A stretch of 64,000 nucleotides of DNA from Halovivax sp. (GTDB taxonomy: Archaea > Halobacteriota > Halobacteria > Halobacteriales > Natrialbaceae), in NCBI RefSeq assembly GCF_007119345.1, contig NZ_SKPV01000010.1; one strand, given 5' to 3'. Made by a program: the position numbers and the translations under genes. A model generated the notes under the pieces. That model had not been told where the DNA came from. It searched no databases and was given only the letters and a program-made list of their open reading frames with translations. Of the stretch, positions 32,055-41,775 are shown in pieces (position 1 is the stretch's first letter; each line of letters opens with the position of its first letter).

Positions 32055-33253
32055 CGGGCGACGAGCCGACGGTGGATGGGGAACCGGAGCTGGCCGTCGG
32101 TGCGGACGCGTTCGTTGACGCGGGCGCGGGACTGAATGTGGCGGTGATCGGCGCGGGCGCGATCGGCGCGACCACCGCCTACGACCTCGCGCGCCGCGGC
32201 GCCGAGGTGACGCTGTACGACCGGGGATCGGTGGCCAGCGGCTCGACCGGGCGGGCGGCGGGCGTCTGCTACGACGCGTTCGCCGGCGAGCTGGACGCCG
32301 AGATCGGCCGGGAAGCGATCGAGCGACTCAGGCGGTTCTCGGGCGACGACACGTTCCCGTTCGTCGAATGCCCGTACGTCTGGCTCGCCCGGGAGGGCGA
32401 CGACCGCCGCGCGGAACGGATCCGCGAGGACGTCGTCGAGATGCAGCGAATCGGCGTCGTCGCCGCCGAGATGGAGCCGAACGCGCTGGCCGACCGCTTT
32501 CCCACCCTGCGGACCGACGACGTCGCCGCCGCGGGCATCGCGGGCGCGGCCGGCTACACCGAACCCGCGCGGTACGCGGCCTGCCTCGCCGCGGCGGCGA
32601 ACGGAGCGGGCGCGACGCTCCGCCCGGAGACGCCCGTCGACGTGCGCGTCGATCCGCCGATGATCGTCGAACGCGACGGCGGGGAGCGTCGCGAGGTCGA
32701 CGCCGTCGTCGTCACCGCCGGCGCGCACACGAAGGCGCTGCTGGCCGACGCGGGGATCGATATCGCGATGAAACCCTACCGCGTGCAAGCCCTCGTCGCC
32801 GACGCCGCGTACGACGAGCCGATGTGCTTCGACGCGACCGCCGACTGCTACGTCCGACCGCACCCCGACGGGCTCCTCGCCGGCGACGGGACCGAACGGG
32901 TCGAAGCCGACCCGGACGACTGGAAGCGCGCCGCGAACGACGGATTCGCGGCGGACCTTCGGGAGGCCGTCGTCCACCGGTTCCCCTCGCTCTCGCCGAC
33001 CGTCGATCGCGAGTGGGCCGGGTTGTGCACCGCGACGCCCGACCGAGACCCGCTCGTCGGGGAGGTGGCCGACGGCGTCTTCGTCGCGACAGGGTTCCAG
33101 GGTCACGGCTTCATGCGAGCGCCCGCGATCGGCGACCGGCTGGCCGAACAGGTCGTCGGGGGCGACGGGATCGCGGCGTTCGATCCGACGAGGTTCGACG
33201 GCGACGAACCGTTCGAGATCGAGGCGGGGATGACGATCGATCCGGACGGGTGA
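32051..33253 (+). CDS. FAD-dependent oxidoreductase (DAO/sarcosine oxidase-like)
   Basis: VIGAGAIG, GSTGRAAG, WAGLCTATPDRDP and GFQGHGFMRAPA motifs; ATGA overlap with the creatininase gene. Confidence 0.92.
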   Translation: MTGDEPTVDGEPELAVGADAFVDAGAGLNVAVIGAGAIGATTAYDLARRGAEVTLYDRGSVASGSTGRAAGVCYDAFAGELDAEIGREAIERLRRFSGDDTFPFVECPYVWLAREGDDRRAERIREDVVEMQRIGVVAAEMEPNALADRFPTLRTDDVAAAGIAGAAGYTEPARYAACLAAAANGAGATLRPETPVDVRVDPPMIVERDGGERREVDAVVVTAGAHTKALLADAGIDIAMKPYRVQALVADAAYDEPMCFDATADCYVRPHPDGLLAGDGTERVEADPDDWKRAANDGFAADLREAVVHRFPSLSPTVDREWAGLCTATPDRDPLVGEVADGVFVATGFQGHGFMRAPAIGDRLAEQVVGGDGIAAFDPTRFDGDEPFEIEAGMTIDPDG

Positions 33254-33370
33254 TCGTCGGTCCGGACGAGTACGGATCGGAGAAACGGACAAGCGACGGT
33301 CCGACCGGAGTCGGACGTTCAACTGCGGAACGGCATCGAATCGATATGCGTCGGCGGAGCGGTCGGCGGA

Positions 33371-33817
33371 CTAGTCGTCGATCGGGATCTCTTCCGCTTC
33401 CGATTCGGGTTCGTCGCCGTTCGATTCGTCGATCGGCGCCGACGACTCCTTCGGAATTTCGATCTTGACGGTGCCGACCTCGCTGAGCCGCGCCGTCGCC
33501 GCCTCCGGGTCGACGATGGCGTCGGCCGGGAGCTCCACCGCCCCGTCGAGCTCCGTGCTCCGTCCGGGAAACCGCATCTCGAATCCATCGTAGTACGCGC
33601 GAAAGCGATCGATGCGAATTTTGACGCGTCCGTTCAGGTACCTGATCTCGAGGTCGTCCGGTTCCGTTCCCGGCGTGTCGAAGATCACCAGATACGCCGA
33701 ACCGTTCTCGAGGACGTCCGCGGGCACCGGCTTTGTCTTCTGGATGTGTCCGTTCGTCCGCCCGAGACCTCTGAAGAGACGCCGGCCGACCGCGTCGCGG
33801 ACGCCGCGGAAGCTCAC
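33371..33817 (-). CDS. Hsp20/alpha-crystallin family protein
   Basis: DVLEN..AYLVIFDTPG...VELP...ATARL..GTVKIEIPK. Confidence 0.88.
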   Translation of the reverse strand: MSFRGVRDAVGRRLFRGLGRTNGHIQKTKPVPADVLENGSAYLVIFDTPGTEPDDLEIRYLNGRVKIRIDRFRAYYDGFEMRFPGRSTELDGAVELPADAIVDPEAATARLSEVGTVKIEIPKESSAPIDESNGDEPESEAEEIPIDD

Positions 33818-34190
33818 GGGGCGGCACCTCGATTCCGGGCCGGAGGGGAGGCCACGGGGCGCGGTCGAGAAAGTACGTACGCCATTCTAAAACAGGATAC
33901 GACGAGGTCGTTCATATCTCTTTTGACCGGTAAAAATAATCGTCGGACGGAGGTCCGACGGCCGAACCTATTCGGCCCGCACGCACGCCGAGACGACCAT
34001 CTCCCGAAAGTTCTCAAGCGATCTATGGGGAACGAACGACGGGATCCCGGTACGGGTAGTCCGCAACTCCCCCCGAAGCACGTAGCCGCCCGCCAGCCCA
34101 CGGTCGGTTCGTGCGAAGAGATCGGTTAGCCTCACATCGGACGGCGTGAACGGCTGGTCGATGACCGCAAGGGCCGCACGGGGCGGCCAA

Positions 34191-34244
34191 TCGGTCACCG
34201 CACGGACCGCGCGAACGGCAGGTCGGTCACCGCGCGGGCCGCAC
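34191..34244. repeat. 32-bp-period imperfect duplication
   Basis: tcggtcaccgc[a/g]cgg[a/g]ccgc at 34191 and 34223. Confidence 0.6.
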
Positions 34245-34276
34245 CGAGGGCCCTTGTGCCTCGACGCCCGGGTTCC

Positions 34277-34435
34277 TCAGAGCTCGATCGGCTCGAGACA
34301 GTCGGTCCCCCCACAGACCGGACAGGTGAGGTCCTCGACGCCGTGATCTTCCGGCACGTCGTACGTGTAATGGTTTTCGAACATGTCCAGGTAGCAGTCG
34401 TCGTCGGTGCATTCGAGCTCTTCGGTCGGTGGCAT
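34277..34435 (-). CDS. CPxCG zinc-finger micro-protein (52 aa)
   Basis: Manual translation MPPTEELECTDDDCYLDMFENHYTYDVPEDHGVEDLTCPVCGGTDCLEPIEL; not in the ORF track. Confidence 0.88.
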   Translation of the reverse strand: MPPTEELECTDDDCYLDMFENHYTYDVPEDHGVEDLTCPVCGGTDCLEPIEL

Positions 34436-34576
34436 GGGCATGAGGAAGCGACCGGGCGCCTTGAACGCTGGGGCACCGGAAGGGCGTACCGAACGACGAT
34501 CGCGGGCGCGATCGGTGCGGGAGTTCGACGGGATCGGTCAGTCAGGGTTTTCAGCGTCGGGCGGCTACGAGCGAGC

Positions 34577-36325
34577 ATGAGAGACCCCGAATCGCTATCG
34601 GTGACCCTCGTCGACGGCTACGTCGACGAGCCCGCCCACTTCGGGGTTCCGCCGTACCTCTCGACGTACCCGCGGTACACGGCCGGCGCCCTGGTCGACG
34701 CGGGTGTCCCGCCGGAGCGGATCACCTACCACACGATCGACGCGCTGCGCGAGGAACCCGGTCGGTGGCGGGACGTCGACGAGGCCGACCTCCTGATCTA
34801 CCTCGGAGGGATGACCGTCCCGGGAAAGTACGTCGGCGGGACGCCCGCGGAGCCCGACGAAGTACGAAAGCTCGCCTGGACGGCGAGCGGGACGTCGCTG
34901 ATGGGCGGTCCGGTCAAGTTCGGCGTCGGGGACGAGAACGCCGGGGCGATCGAGACCGAGCGTCAGGACCTGGACTTCGACTTCGTGGCGAAGGGCGACG
35001 TCGAGGCGGCCGCCTTCGATCTCGTCGAGAGCGGCCTCGAGGGGTTCGGCGACCGAATGCGAGACGTCCCCGAAGTGACCCGGTGGGCCCGGAGGGGCGC
35101 GTTCGTCGTCGAACAGCATCCGAACCACCCCGAGTACCTGATCTGCGAACTCGAGACCTCGCGGGGGTGTGCCTACCGCTGTTCGTTCTGCACCGAGCCG
35201 CTGTACGGCAACCCGTCCTTCCGGCCGCCCGAGAGCGTCGTCGACGAGGTCGACGCGCTCGCCGACCGCGGCGTGGCTCACTTTCGACTCGGCCGCCAAG
35301 CCGACATCCTCGCCTACGGCGGCGACGGCGAGGCGCCCAATCCGGACGCCCTCCGGGAGCTGTACGGCGGCATCCGCGAGGTCGCACCCGACCTGGAGAC
35401 GCTCCACCTCGACAACATGAATCCGGTCACGATCGCGAAGTGGCCGGAGGCGGCGCGTGAGGGGATTCGAATCATCGCTGCGCACAACACGGCCGGAGAC
35501 ACCGCCGCGTTCGGCCTCGAATCGGCCGATCCGGTCGTCCAGGAAGCGAACAGCCTCGCCGTCTCCACCGAGGAGTGTCTCGAGGCCGTCCGAATCGTCA
35601 ACGAGGAGGGCGGCTGGCGACCCGGCGAGGACCGCGAGGACGCCCCGACGTTCGGTCGATCGGCCGCGAACCGGCTTCCGAAGCTACTGCCCGGGATCAA
35701 CCTCGTCCACGGACTGAACGGCGAGCGCCGCGAGACTTTCGAGCACAACAAGGCGTTCCTCGAGCGCGTCTACGACGAGGGGCTGATGCTCCGGCGGATC
35801 AACATCCGACAGGTGATGGCCTTCGCCGGCACCGAGATGTCGGACACGGGGGCCGAGATCGCTCGCGACCACAAGAAGCTGTTCAAACGGTACAAGCGGG
35901 AGGTCCGCGAAGAAATCGACAATCCGATGCTCGAGCGGGTCGCGCCGCCGGTGACCGTGCTCCCGAACGTTCACCTCGAGTACCACCAGGACGGCAAAAC
36001 CTTCGGCCGCCAGCTCGGCACCTACGCGCTGCTCGTGGCGGTGCCCGGCGAGCGCGAACTCGGCCGGACGATCGACGTCGCCGTCGTCGACCACGGATAC
36101 CGGTCGGTCACCGGCGTCCCGTACCCGCTCGACGTGAACGAGGCCTCGATCGACGAGCTCACGGCGGTGCCAGGCATCGGGACGTCCCGCGCGGGGGACA
36201 TCGTCGTCGACCGACCCTACGAGTCGGTCGCCGAAGTCGACGTGGAGCCGTCGGCTGACCTCGACCTCGCCGCGATCGCGACGGCACGGCGAGCCGCCGA
36301 CCCGCCCTCGAAACCGTCCCGATGA
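34577..36325 (+). CDS. radical SAM protein with C-terminal TRAM-like and HhH domains
   Basis: DGYVDEPAHFGVPPY N-terminus; ETSRGCAYRCSFCTEP (CxxxCxxC); GRQLGTY...VVDHGYRSVTG; LTAVPGIG. Confidence 0.92.
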   Translation: MRDPESLSVTLVDGYVDEPAHFGVPPYLSTYPRYTAGALVDAGVPPERITYHTIDALREEPGRWRDVDEADLLIYLGGMTVPGKYVGGTPAEPDEVRKLAWTASGTSLMGGPVKFGVGDENAGAIETERQDLDFDFVAKGDVEAAAFDLVESGLEGFGDRMRDVPEVTRWARRGAFVVEQHPNHPEYLICELETSRGCAYRCSFCTEPLYGNPSFRPPESVVDEVDALADRGVAHFRLGRQADILAYGGDGEAPNPDALRELYGGIREVAPDLETLHLDNMNPVTIAKWPEAAREGIRIIAAHNTAGDTAAFGLESADPVVQEANSLAVSTEECLEAVRIVNEEGGWRPGEDREDAPTFGRSAANRLPKLLPGINLVHGLNGERRETFEHNKAFLERVYDEGLMLRRINIRQVMAFAGTEMSDTGAEIARDHKKLFKRYKREVREEIDNPMLERVAPPVTVLPNVHLEYHQDGKTFGRQLGTYALLVAVPGERELGRTIDVAVVDHGYRSVTGVPYPLDVNEASIDELTAVPGIGTSRAGDIVVDRPYESVAEVDVEPSADLDLAAIATARRAADPPSKPSR

Positions 36326-36490
36326 CCGGGACCCGGCGAGACGCCGACCCGCCCTCGAACTCGCGACGTCTCACGGATCGACGGAGGTGAAGACCCGACC
36401 GCGATCTCGTCGCGAAAACGGGTGGAGATCCGGATCGTGTCGGTAGTTCTATTATGGTTCGGCCGCATGCAGGGAATTGAGGGTCTGACT

Positions 36491-36892
36491 GTGGAAATAT
36501 CTGAGAAATTGCTGTGTCTGTTCAGCACGAACGTCACCGAAGAGGAGGACCGGTACGTCATCGAGGTGCCCCGACGCGAAGTCGAGACCGGCGACATCGA
36601 CCCCGGAAACATCTATCGGGTCGCACTCATCGCACGCGAGGAGACGGAGTCCTCGAACGACTCCGCGGGCCGGAGCACGCGGCCGTCGGAGCCCCAGCCG
36701 CCGGTCGAGGTCGGCGAAACCCGGTACGTCGAGATCGAAGACATCGGCAAACAGGGTGACGGCATCGCCCGCGTCGAACGCGGCTACGTGATCATCGTCC
36801 CGGGCGCCGAAGTCGGCGAACGGGTAAAGATCGAAGTCAGCGAGGTCAAGTCGAACTTCGCGGTCGGCGAGATCATCGAAGAGACCTTCTGA
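36491..36892 (+). CDS. TRAM domain-containing protein
   Basis: PPVEVGE...IEDIGKQGDGIARVERGYVIIVPG...NFAVGE; GTG start. Confidence 0.92.
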   Translation: MEISEKLLCLFSTNVTEEEDRYVIEVPRREVETGDIDPGNIYRVALIAREETESSNDSAGRSTRPSEPQPPVEVGETRYVEIEDIGKQGDGIARVERGYVIIVPGAEVGERVKIEVSEVKSNFAVGEIIEETF

Positions 36893-37079
36893 GATCGGGT
36901 TCGGTCGACGGATCCGGTCGCCCGACGGACGTCGAAGACGTCCCGCGGCCGGATAACAGGTACCGGACGGGCCGTTCGGATCGGCGATCCCACATCGGAA
37001 CGGGACCGACACCGACGTACCGCCCGCGTCTCGGATCGCTCCTCGCACCGATCCGAGACCGACGGTCCGCTCTCGTCGA

Positions 37080-37159
37080 GGCTCACTCGCCGTCACCGGA
37101 CCGGTCCGAGACTGATCAACCGCCCACGTCGCGGCTCACTCGCCGTCACCGGACCGGTC
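37080..37159. repeat. 27-bp direct repeat (53-bp period) duplicating the 3' end of the YkgJ-like gene
   Basis: ggctcactcgccgtcaccggaccggtc at 37080 and 37133. Confidence 0.88.
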
Positions 37160-37873
37160 GGCGCCCGACCCCCGGGCGGTGCCGTCGGGTCGCTTCGCGC
37201 CCTCGGAGTCGTGGACGACGATCTCGCCGGGCGAACGCTCGACCGGCTCGTACGCGTCTCTGACCGCGATCGCCTCCGCGAGTTCGCGGACGGCCCGTTC
37301 TTTCAGCGTTTCGGCCAGCGACTCGGCGTTGAGCCGCGAAATCTCCCGTCCCAATCCCTCACACTCGTGAGCCCGGACGACCCCAGCTTCGTCCACCGCG
37401 TCGCCCATGGGTTGACTCGTCCCGTCGAGGGCGACGCTGAACGGATAGGTTCGACAGATGAGCGGACGGTCGGGGTGGACCGTGCAGGCGCCGGTACCGG
37501 CGCGCTCCTCGTAGAAGACGCAGTCGCCGCACGCGTCCGTCTGGAGGGCCCACTCGAACGTCTCTCCCTCGACAGTTTCGTCCTCGTCCGACGCCAGTCC
37601 GTACGGCATCGGTCGGGCGACGTCCCGCCAATCGTCCGACCCGCTCGCATCGCGGAGGCGTCGAACCTCGTCCGGAAAGACAGTCGCGGTGTGATCCTCA
37701 CGATCCGGTCGCTCGGTCGACTCGATCGCGTCGTCCCCGCCACCGCATCCCGGATCGGCCCGACAGCACGCACCGCAGCGCGTGCACTCGAATCCGATCG
37801 ACTCGATCGCGTCGGCGAGATCGGTCGGATCGAGCGCGCGTGCGCGTTCGAGTTCCGCCTCGAGGGACTTCAC
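37136..37873 (-). CDS. YkgJ family cysteine-cluster protein
   Basis: FECTRCGACC, GDCVFY, CTVHPDRPLICRTYPF and CEG motifs. Confidence 0.92.
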   Translation of the reverse strand: MKSLEAELERARALDPTDLADAIESIGFECTRCGACCRADPGCGGGDDAIESTERPDREDHTATVFPDEVRRLRDASGSDDWRDVARPMPYGLASDEDETVEGETFEWALQTDACGDCVFYEERAGTGACTVHPDRPLICRTYPFSVALDGTSQPMGDAVDEAGVVRAHECEGLGREISRLNAESLAETLKERAVRELAEAIAVRDAYEPVERSPGEIVVHDSEGAKRPDGTARGSGADRSGDGE

Positions 37874-37945
37874 GAATCGTCCTACGCCTCCGCGGTGAAA
37901 AGCCCGCCGCTCTCGGCCCGAACTGGAGCGTACCGATCCGGACGG

Positions 37946-38725
37946 TCACCGCGGACGAGCGCGCTCGCCGTCCCACTCGATCCGGTCGTCCGCGGCCAGC
38001 TTCCGGAGGTGGGCGATCACCGTCGCCCGGGCGAGATCCTCGACGCCCGAGAGATCCTTCTCGTAGGCGCGATCGACGATCTCGTCCGGGGCGCGGGCGC
38101 CGCTCGCGACCGCCTCGTAGACGCGGCGTTCGCGACGCTCACGGTGTTCGATAAGTCGGTCGAGAACCGCGGCCGGCCGCTCGATCGGCGGCCCGTGGCC
38201 GGGCAGCAGAGTCGGCGGGTCCAGCGAGCGAAGGCGACGGAGCGCGTTCAGGTACGCGCGCATGTCGGCGTTCGGACCGCCGACGACGACGCTCCCCTCC
38301 CGAACCGCACAGTCGCCACAGCAGACCGGACCGCCGCCGACGTCCACCCCGAGGTGGTCGGGGGCGTGACCGGGGAGCGCCAGGATCCGTACCCGTCCGG
38401 TCCCGAGTTCGAGCCGATCGCCGTCGCCGAACGCGTCGTCCGGTTCGAACCCGGTCGCCGCTTCGAACCGGTCGGTGTGGCTCCGAAGCGCCCAGCACGT
38501 CGCGTCCAGCTCGTCGCGGTAGGCGGCCACGGCGCCGACGTGGTCGGGGTGAGTGTGGGTAACGAGGATGTGTTCGACGCCCCTGGCCCTAACGAGTTCG
38601 TCTAGCTGGTCCGTTCGCGCGGCGGGGTCGACGAGCAGCGCCGGATCTCGACCGACGACGTACGCGTTCGTGGTGCCGTGGGGAGCGCTCGTCTCCGTCG
38701 ACAGCGCGCGTCTGACGACGTCCAT
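37946..38725 (-). CDS. MBL-fold metallo-hydrolase
   Basis: THTHPDHVG, PGHAPDH, GD and PGHG motifs. Confidence 0.92.
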   Translation of the reverse strand: MDVVRRALSTETSAPHGTTNAYVVGRDPALLVDPAARTDQLDELVRARGVEHILVTHTHPDHVGAVAAYRDELDATCWALRSHTDRFEAATGFEPDDAFGDGDRLELGTGRVRILALPGHAPDHLGVDVGGGPVCCGDCAVREGSVVVGGPNADMRAYLNALRRLRSLDPPTLLPGHGPPIERPAAVLDRLIEHRERRERRVYEAVASGARAPDEIVDRAYEKDLSGVEDLARATVIAHLRKLAADDRIEWDGERARPR

Positions 38726-38769
38726 GTCGGATCAATCCGCCGATGGAAAAAGTGCGTGTCGTCTCGCGA

Positions 38770-39051
38770 TCAGTGATTGAGGAAGTACACCTGCTTGCGC
38801 GCGTCGCGGAAGCTGTAGCGCGAACCGACGAGGTCGACCTCCTGGAGGCGGTTCAACGCGTACCGGACCGTCCGGTCGGGCAGGAGCGACTCCTCGGCCA
38901 GCTGTCCCTGCGAGAGCGGGGAGTCGGATTCGAGCACCTTGGCGACCAGCTTCGCGCTGGGCGGTAAGTCGCGCAGGCGGTCGCGGTACTCGGCTTCCGA
39001 GAGGGGTTCCTCGGGGAGCGCGGACGGTTCGTCGGTGGTACTCGTGCTCAT
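38770..39051 (-). CDS. MarR-like helix-turn-helix protein
   Basis: LPPSAKLVAKVL...LSQGQLAEESLLPDRTVRYALNRL...DARKQVY. Confidence 0.9.
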   Translation of the reverse strand: MSTSTTDEPSALPEEPLSEAEYRDRLRDLPPSAKLVAKVLESDSPLSQGQLAEESLLPDRTVRYALNRLQEVDLVGSRYSFRDARKQVYFLNH

Positions 39052-39209
39052 GCATGCCACGGGGCGGACGAAGGTGGTAAAGCTTCCCTATATGGGCGTA
39101 CAAACAATCCAGTTAATAGAAGGAATATAATGGCATATTATCTCACTCGGTCACGGCCGTGCGGTGATCGAACGATCGACGGACGAGACGGTCGGTTCCG
39201 CACTCCCGT

Positions 39210-39350
39210 CGTACCGGAGCGGATAACCGTATCGCGACGTGTCCGGCGTGGATAACCGTGTCGCGACGTACCAGAGCGGATAACCGTGTCGCGACGTACC
39301 AGAGCGGATAACCGTGTCGCGACGTACCAGAGCGGATAACCGTATCGCGA
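39210..39350. repeat. 28-bp tandem repeat, 5 copies (cgtaccagagcggataaccgtgtcgcga)
   Basis: Units at 39210, 39238, 39267, 39295 and 39323; ends 13 nt before the next ATG. Confidence 0.95.
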
Positions 39351-39363
39351 GCAGAGAGGGCGC

Positions 39364-39762
39364 ATGGAATCCATCCCCGACGAATACCGGGACCTCTTCG
39401 AGCGCGAGACGATCGCCCACTTCGCGACGCTGATGCCCGACGGAACGCCCCAGGTCACGCCGGTGTGGATCGACGCGGACGAGGACGGGTTCGTACTGGT
39501 CAATACGGCGCGCGGTCGACAGAAAGAGCGGAACGTCCGCGCGGACCCCCGGGTTGGCCTGTCGATCACCGATCCGTCCGATCCGTACCGATACCTGTCC
39601 ATCCGAGGCGAAGTTCACGAAGTGACCGAAGACCGCGCCGTCGAGCACATCGACGAGCTCGCGCGGCGGTACATGGACGTCGAGGAGTATCCCCACCACG
39701 GCGAGGAGCGGGGCCCTCGCGTCGTCATTCGAATTCGGCCCGACAGCGTCGTCGGAAATTGA
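39364..39762 (+). CDS. PPOX-class F420-dependent oxidoreductase / pyridoxamine 5'-phosphate oxidase family
   Basis: ATLMPDGTPQVTPVW, RQKERNVRADPRV, YLSIRG and RVVIRIRP motifs. Confidence 0.92.
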   Translation: MESIPDEYRDLFERETIAHFATLMPDGTPQVTPVWIDADEDGFVLVNTARGRQKERNVRADPRVGLSITDPSDPYRYLSIRGEVHEVTEDRAVEHIDELARRYMDVEEYPHHGEERGPRVVIRIRPDSVVGN

Positions 39763-39780
39763 GGGTCGGGGCTCGCGATC

Positions 39781-39884
39781 GTCGTTCGACCGTCCCTGCG
39801 GGCATCGTTCGACCGTCCCCGAAGACAGCGTTCGACCGTCCCCGGAGACATCGTTCGACTATCCCTGCGTATATCGTTCGGCCG
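39781..39884. repeat. degenerate 23-bp tandem repeat, about 4.5 copies
   Basis: cgttcg core at 39783, 39806, 39829, 39852 and 39875. Confidence 0.88.
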
Positions 39885-40002
39885 GACCGACGGTACCAAC
39901 GACATCTTCCGGTCGATCGCCTATCGAGGGCGGTTTCGAACGAGCGGACGCCGTTCGAGTCCAGTATTGTTTTATCCCCGGGGGAAAGTACAATCGGGTA
40001 GC

Positions 40003-40710
40003 GTGAAGGGACAGGAGTGGTATCAGGCCGACGACGTCGCCGCCGAGTACGACGACAAGCGGTTCTCTCGCGGTGGACAATTGATCGATCGCCGGGAGAA
40101 AGCGGCCGTCCTCGACGCCATATCGCCGGTCGACGACCGACGCGTTCTGGAAATCGCCTGCGGTACCGGACGATTCACCGTGATGCTCGCCGAGCAGGGA
40201 GCGGACGTCGTCGGCCTCGACATCTCGGCCGCCATGCTCCAGCGGGGCCGGGAGAAGGCCCGTCGGGCCGGCGTTTCAGACCGCCTCGAGTTCATTCGAG
40301 GCGACGCCGCTCGGCTGCCGTTTCCGGACGATCACTTCGACACCGTCGTCGCGATGCGCTTTTTCCACCTGGCGGACGATCCGGAGTCGTTCCTGCGGGA
40401 GATGCGACGCGTCGCCCGCGAACGGATCGTCTTCGATACGTTCAATCGGTTCTCGACGCGGAGCGTCTACAACTGGGCGCTCCCGATGGGATCGCGGTTG
40501 TACTCGAAGAGCGAGGTGTCGGTTCTGCTCGCCAAGACCGATCTGACCCTCGTCGACGTCGAAGACGACTTCCTGCTCCCGTACGGCCTCTATCGGATCA
40601 CGCCGAACCCGTTGGCGGCGCCGCTTCGCAGCGTCGATCGGGCCGTCGGCGGCCTCCCGGCGGTCGATCACCTCGCGTCCGTCTCGTACTGGAACGCTCA
40701 GGTCGAGTGA
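40003..40710 (+). CDS. class I SAM-dependent methyltransferase
   Basis: VLEIACGTG, GLDIS and GDAARLPFPDDHFD motifs; GTG start. Confidence 0.92.
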   Translation: MKGQEWYQADDVAAEYDDKRFSRGGQLIDRREKAAVLDAISPVDDRRVLEIACGTGRFTVMLAEQGADVVGLDISAAMLQRGREKARRAGVSDRLEFIRGDAARLPFPDDHFDTVVAMRFFHLADDPESFLREMRRVARERIVFDTFNRFSTRSVYNWALPMGSRLYSKSEVSVLLAKTDLTLVDVEDDFLLPYGLYRITPNPLAAPLRSVDRAVGGLPAVDHLASVSYWNAQVE

Positions 40711-40792
40711 CGCTCCGCGGGTCGTGTCAACGAACACGCAGTGTGACGGAAGGACGGCGAATTTATACGGCTCCGTGCCGACACTCCGGCAC

Positions 40793-41692
40793 ATGAAGCT
40801 CTCGGTGGTGGTCTCGACGCTCAACGACCGGGAGCGACTCCTGCCTTGTCTCGACGCGCTGGCCGAGCAACTCCCGTCCGAAACGGAGACGATCGTGGTC
40901 AACGGTCCGTCCTCGGACGGAACGACGGGCGCCGTCCGGGAGCGAGCGGAGGTTGACGTGCTGGTCGAGATCTCCGACCGCTACCGGAGCGTCTCCCGGA
41001 ACGCCGGTATCGAGGTCGCCACGGGCGAGACGATCGCCTTCCTCGGCGACGAGTACGCGGTCGAACCCACCTGGTACGACGCGGTCGAGGCCGCCGTCGA
41101 GGCCGACGCCGACGTCGTGACGGGCCCGGTCAAACACCATCCGTCGGGCGACGCCGAGACCGAACCGCGGCGGATCGCCGGGCGATCGGTCACCACCTTC
41201 GCGGGCGACAACGTCGCGTTCGACCGGAACGTCATCGAGGCGCTCGACGGGTTCGACGAGTACCTCGAGACCGGTAGCACCGACGACTGCGCCCATCGGG
41301 TCGCCGCACTCGATTTCGACGTGACCTGGAGCGGCGCCATGGCCGTTCGATCCGAGGTCGGCACCGACGGCGGGAGCGCCGACCCCGAGTGGGGCGGGCG
41401 GTATCGATCGCTGAATTATCGACTCGCGAAGAACTACGGCCCCCGCCCGAGCGTGCTCGCCCGGAGCGCGGGCAGCGCCCTATCGGACGGCCTCGGCGAC
41501 GCCCGTGGGCTGCTCAGCGGCCGGACGACCCCGACGAGCTGGTTCGCCAACGGCGTCGACGTCGCCGTCAACTCGCTGGGCGGATTGAAAGATGGCGTCG
41601 TCGCCCGGTACCGAGACCGGTCGAGTCGGAAGAATCCGAACGGGGTCTCGAGCCGGCACGATCGGGCGGTGCAGGTATACGACCGCCGCTGA
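40793..41692 (+). CDS. glycosyltransferase family 2-like protein
   Basis: LSVVVSTLN, IVVNGPSSDGT, SRNAG, IAFL and LDGFDE motifs. Confidence 0.85.
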   Translation: MKLSVVVSTLNDRERLLPCLDALAEQLPSETETIVVNGPSSDGTTGAVRERAEVDVLVEISDRYRSVSRNAGIEVATGETIAFLGDEYAVEPTWYDAVEAAVEADADVVTGPVKHHPSGDAETEPRRIAGRSVTTFAGDNVAFDRNVIEALDGFDEYLETGSTDDCAHRVAALDFDVTWSGAMAVRSEVGTDGGSADPEWGGRYRSLNYRLAKNYGPRPSVLARSAGSALSDGLGDARGLLSGRTTPTSWFANGVDVAVNSLGGLKDGVVARYRDRSSRKNPNGVSSRHDRAVQVYDRR

Positions 41693-41775
41693 CGGACGCT
41701 CGCGGTACGGAAGCCGGCGGACGGTACCTCGGGCGGATCGAGCCCGGTTATCGACGATTCGTCGGACGGAATCGA

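Noticed and set aside
34026..34129. Short plus-strand ORF MGNERRDPGTG...
   Set aside because: Non-acidic with no recognisable motif
39210..39350. GAGCGGATAAC matches part of the E. coli lac operator (vector contamination?)
   Set aside because: Only 11 nt match, the flanks differ, and it is embedded in native-looking sequence
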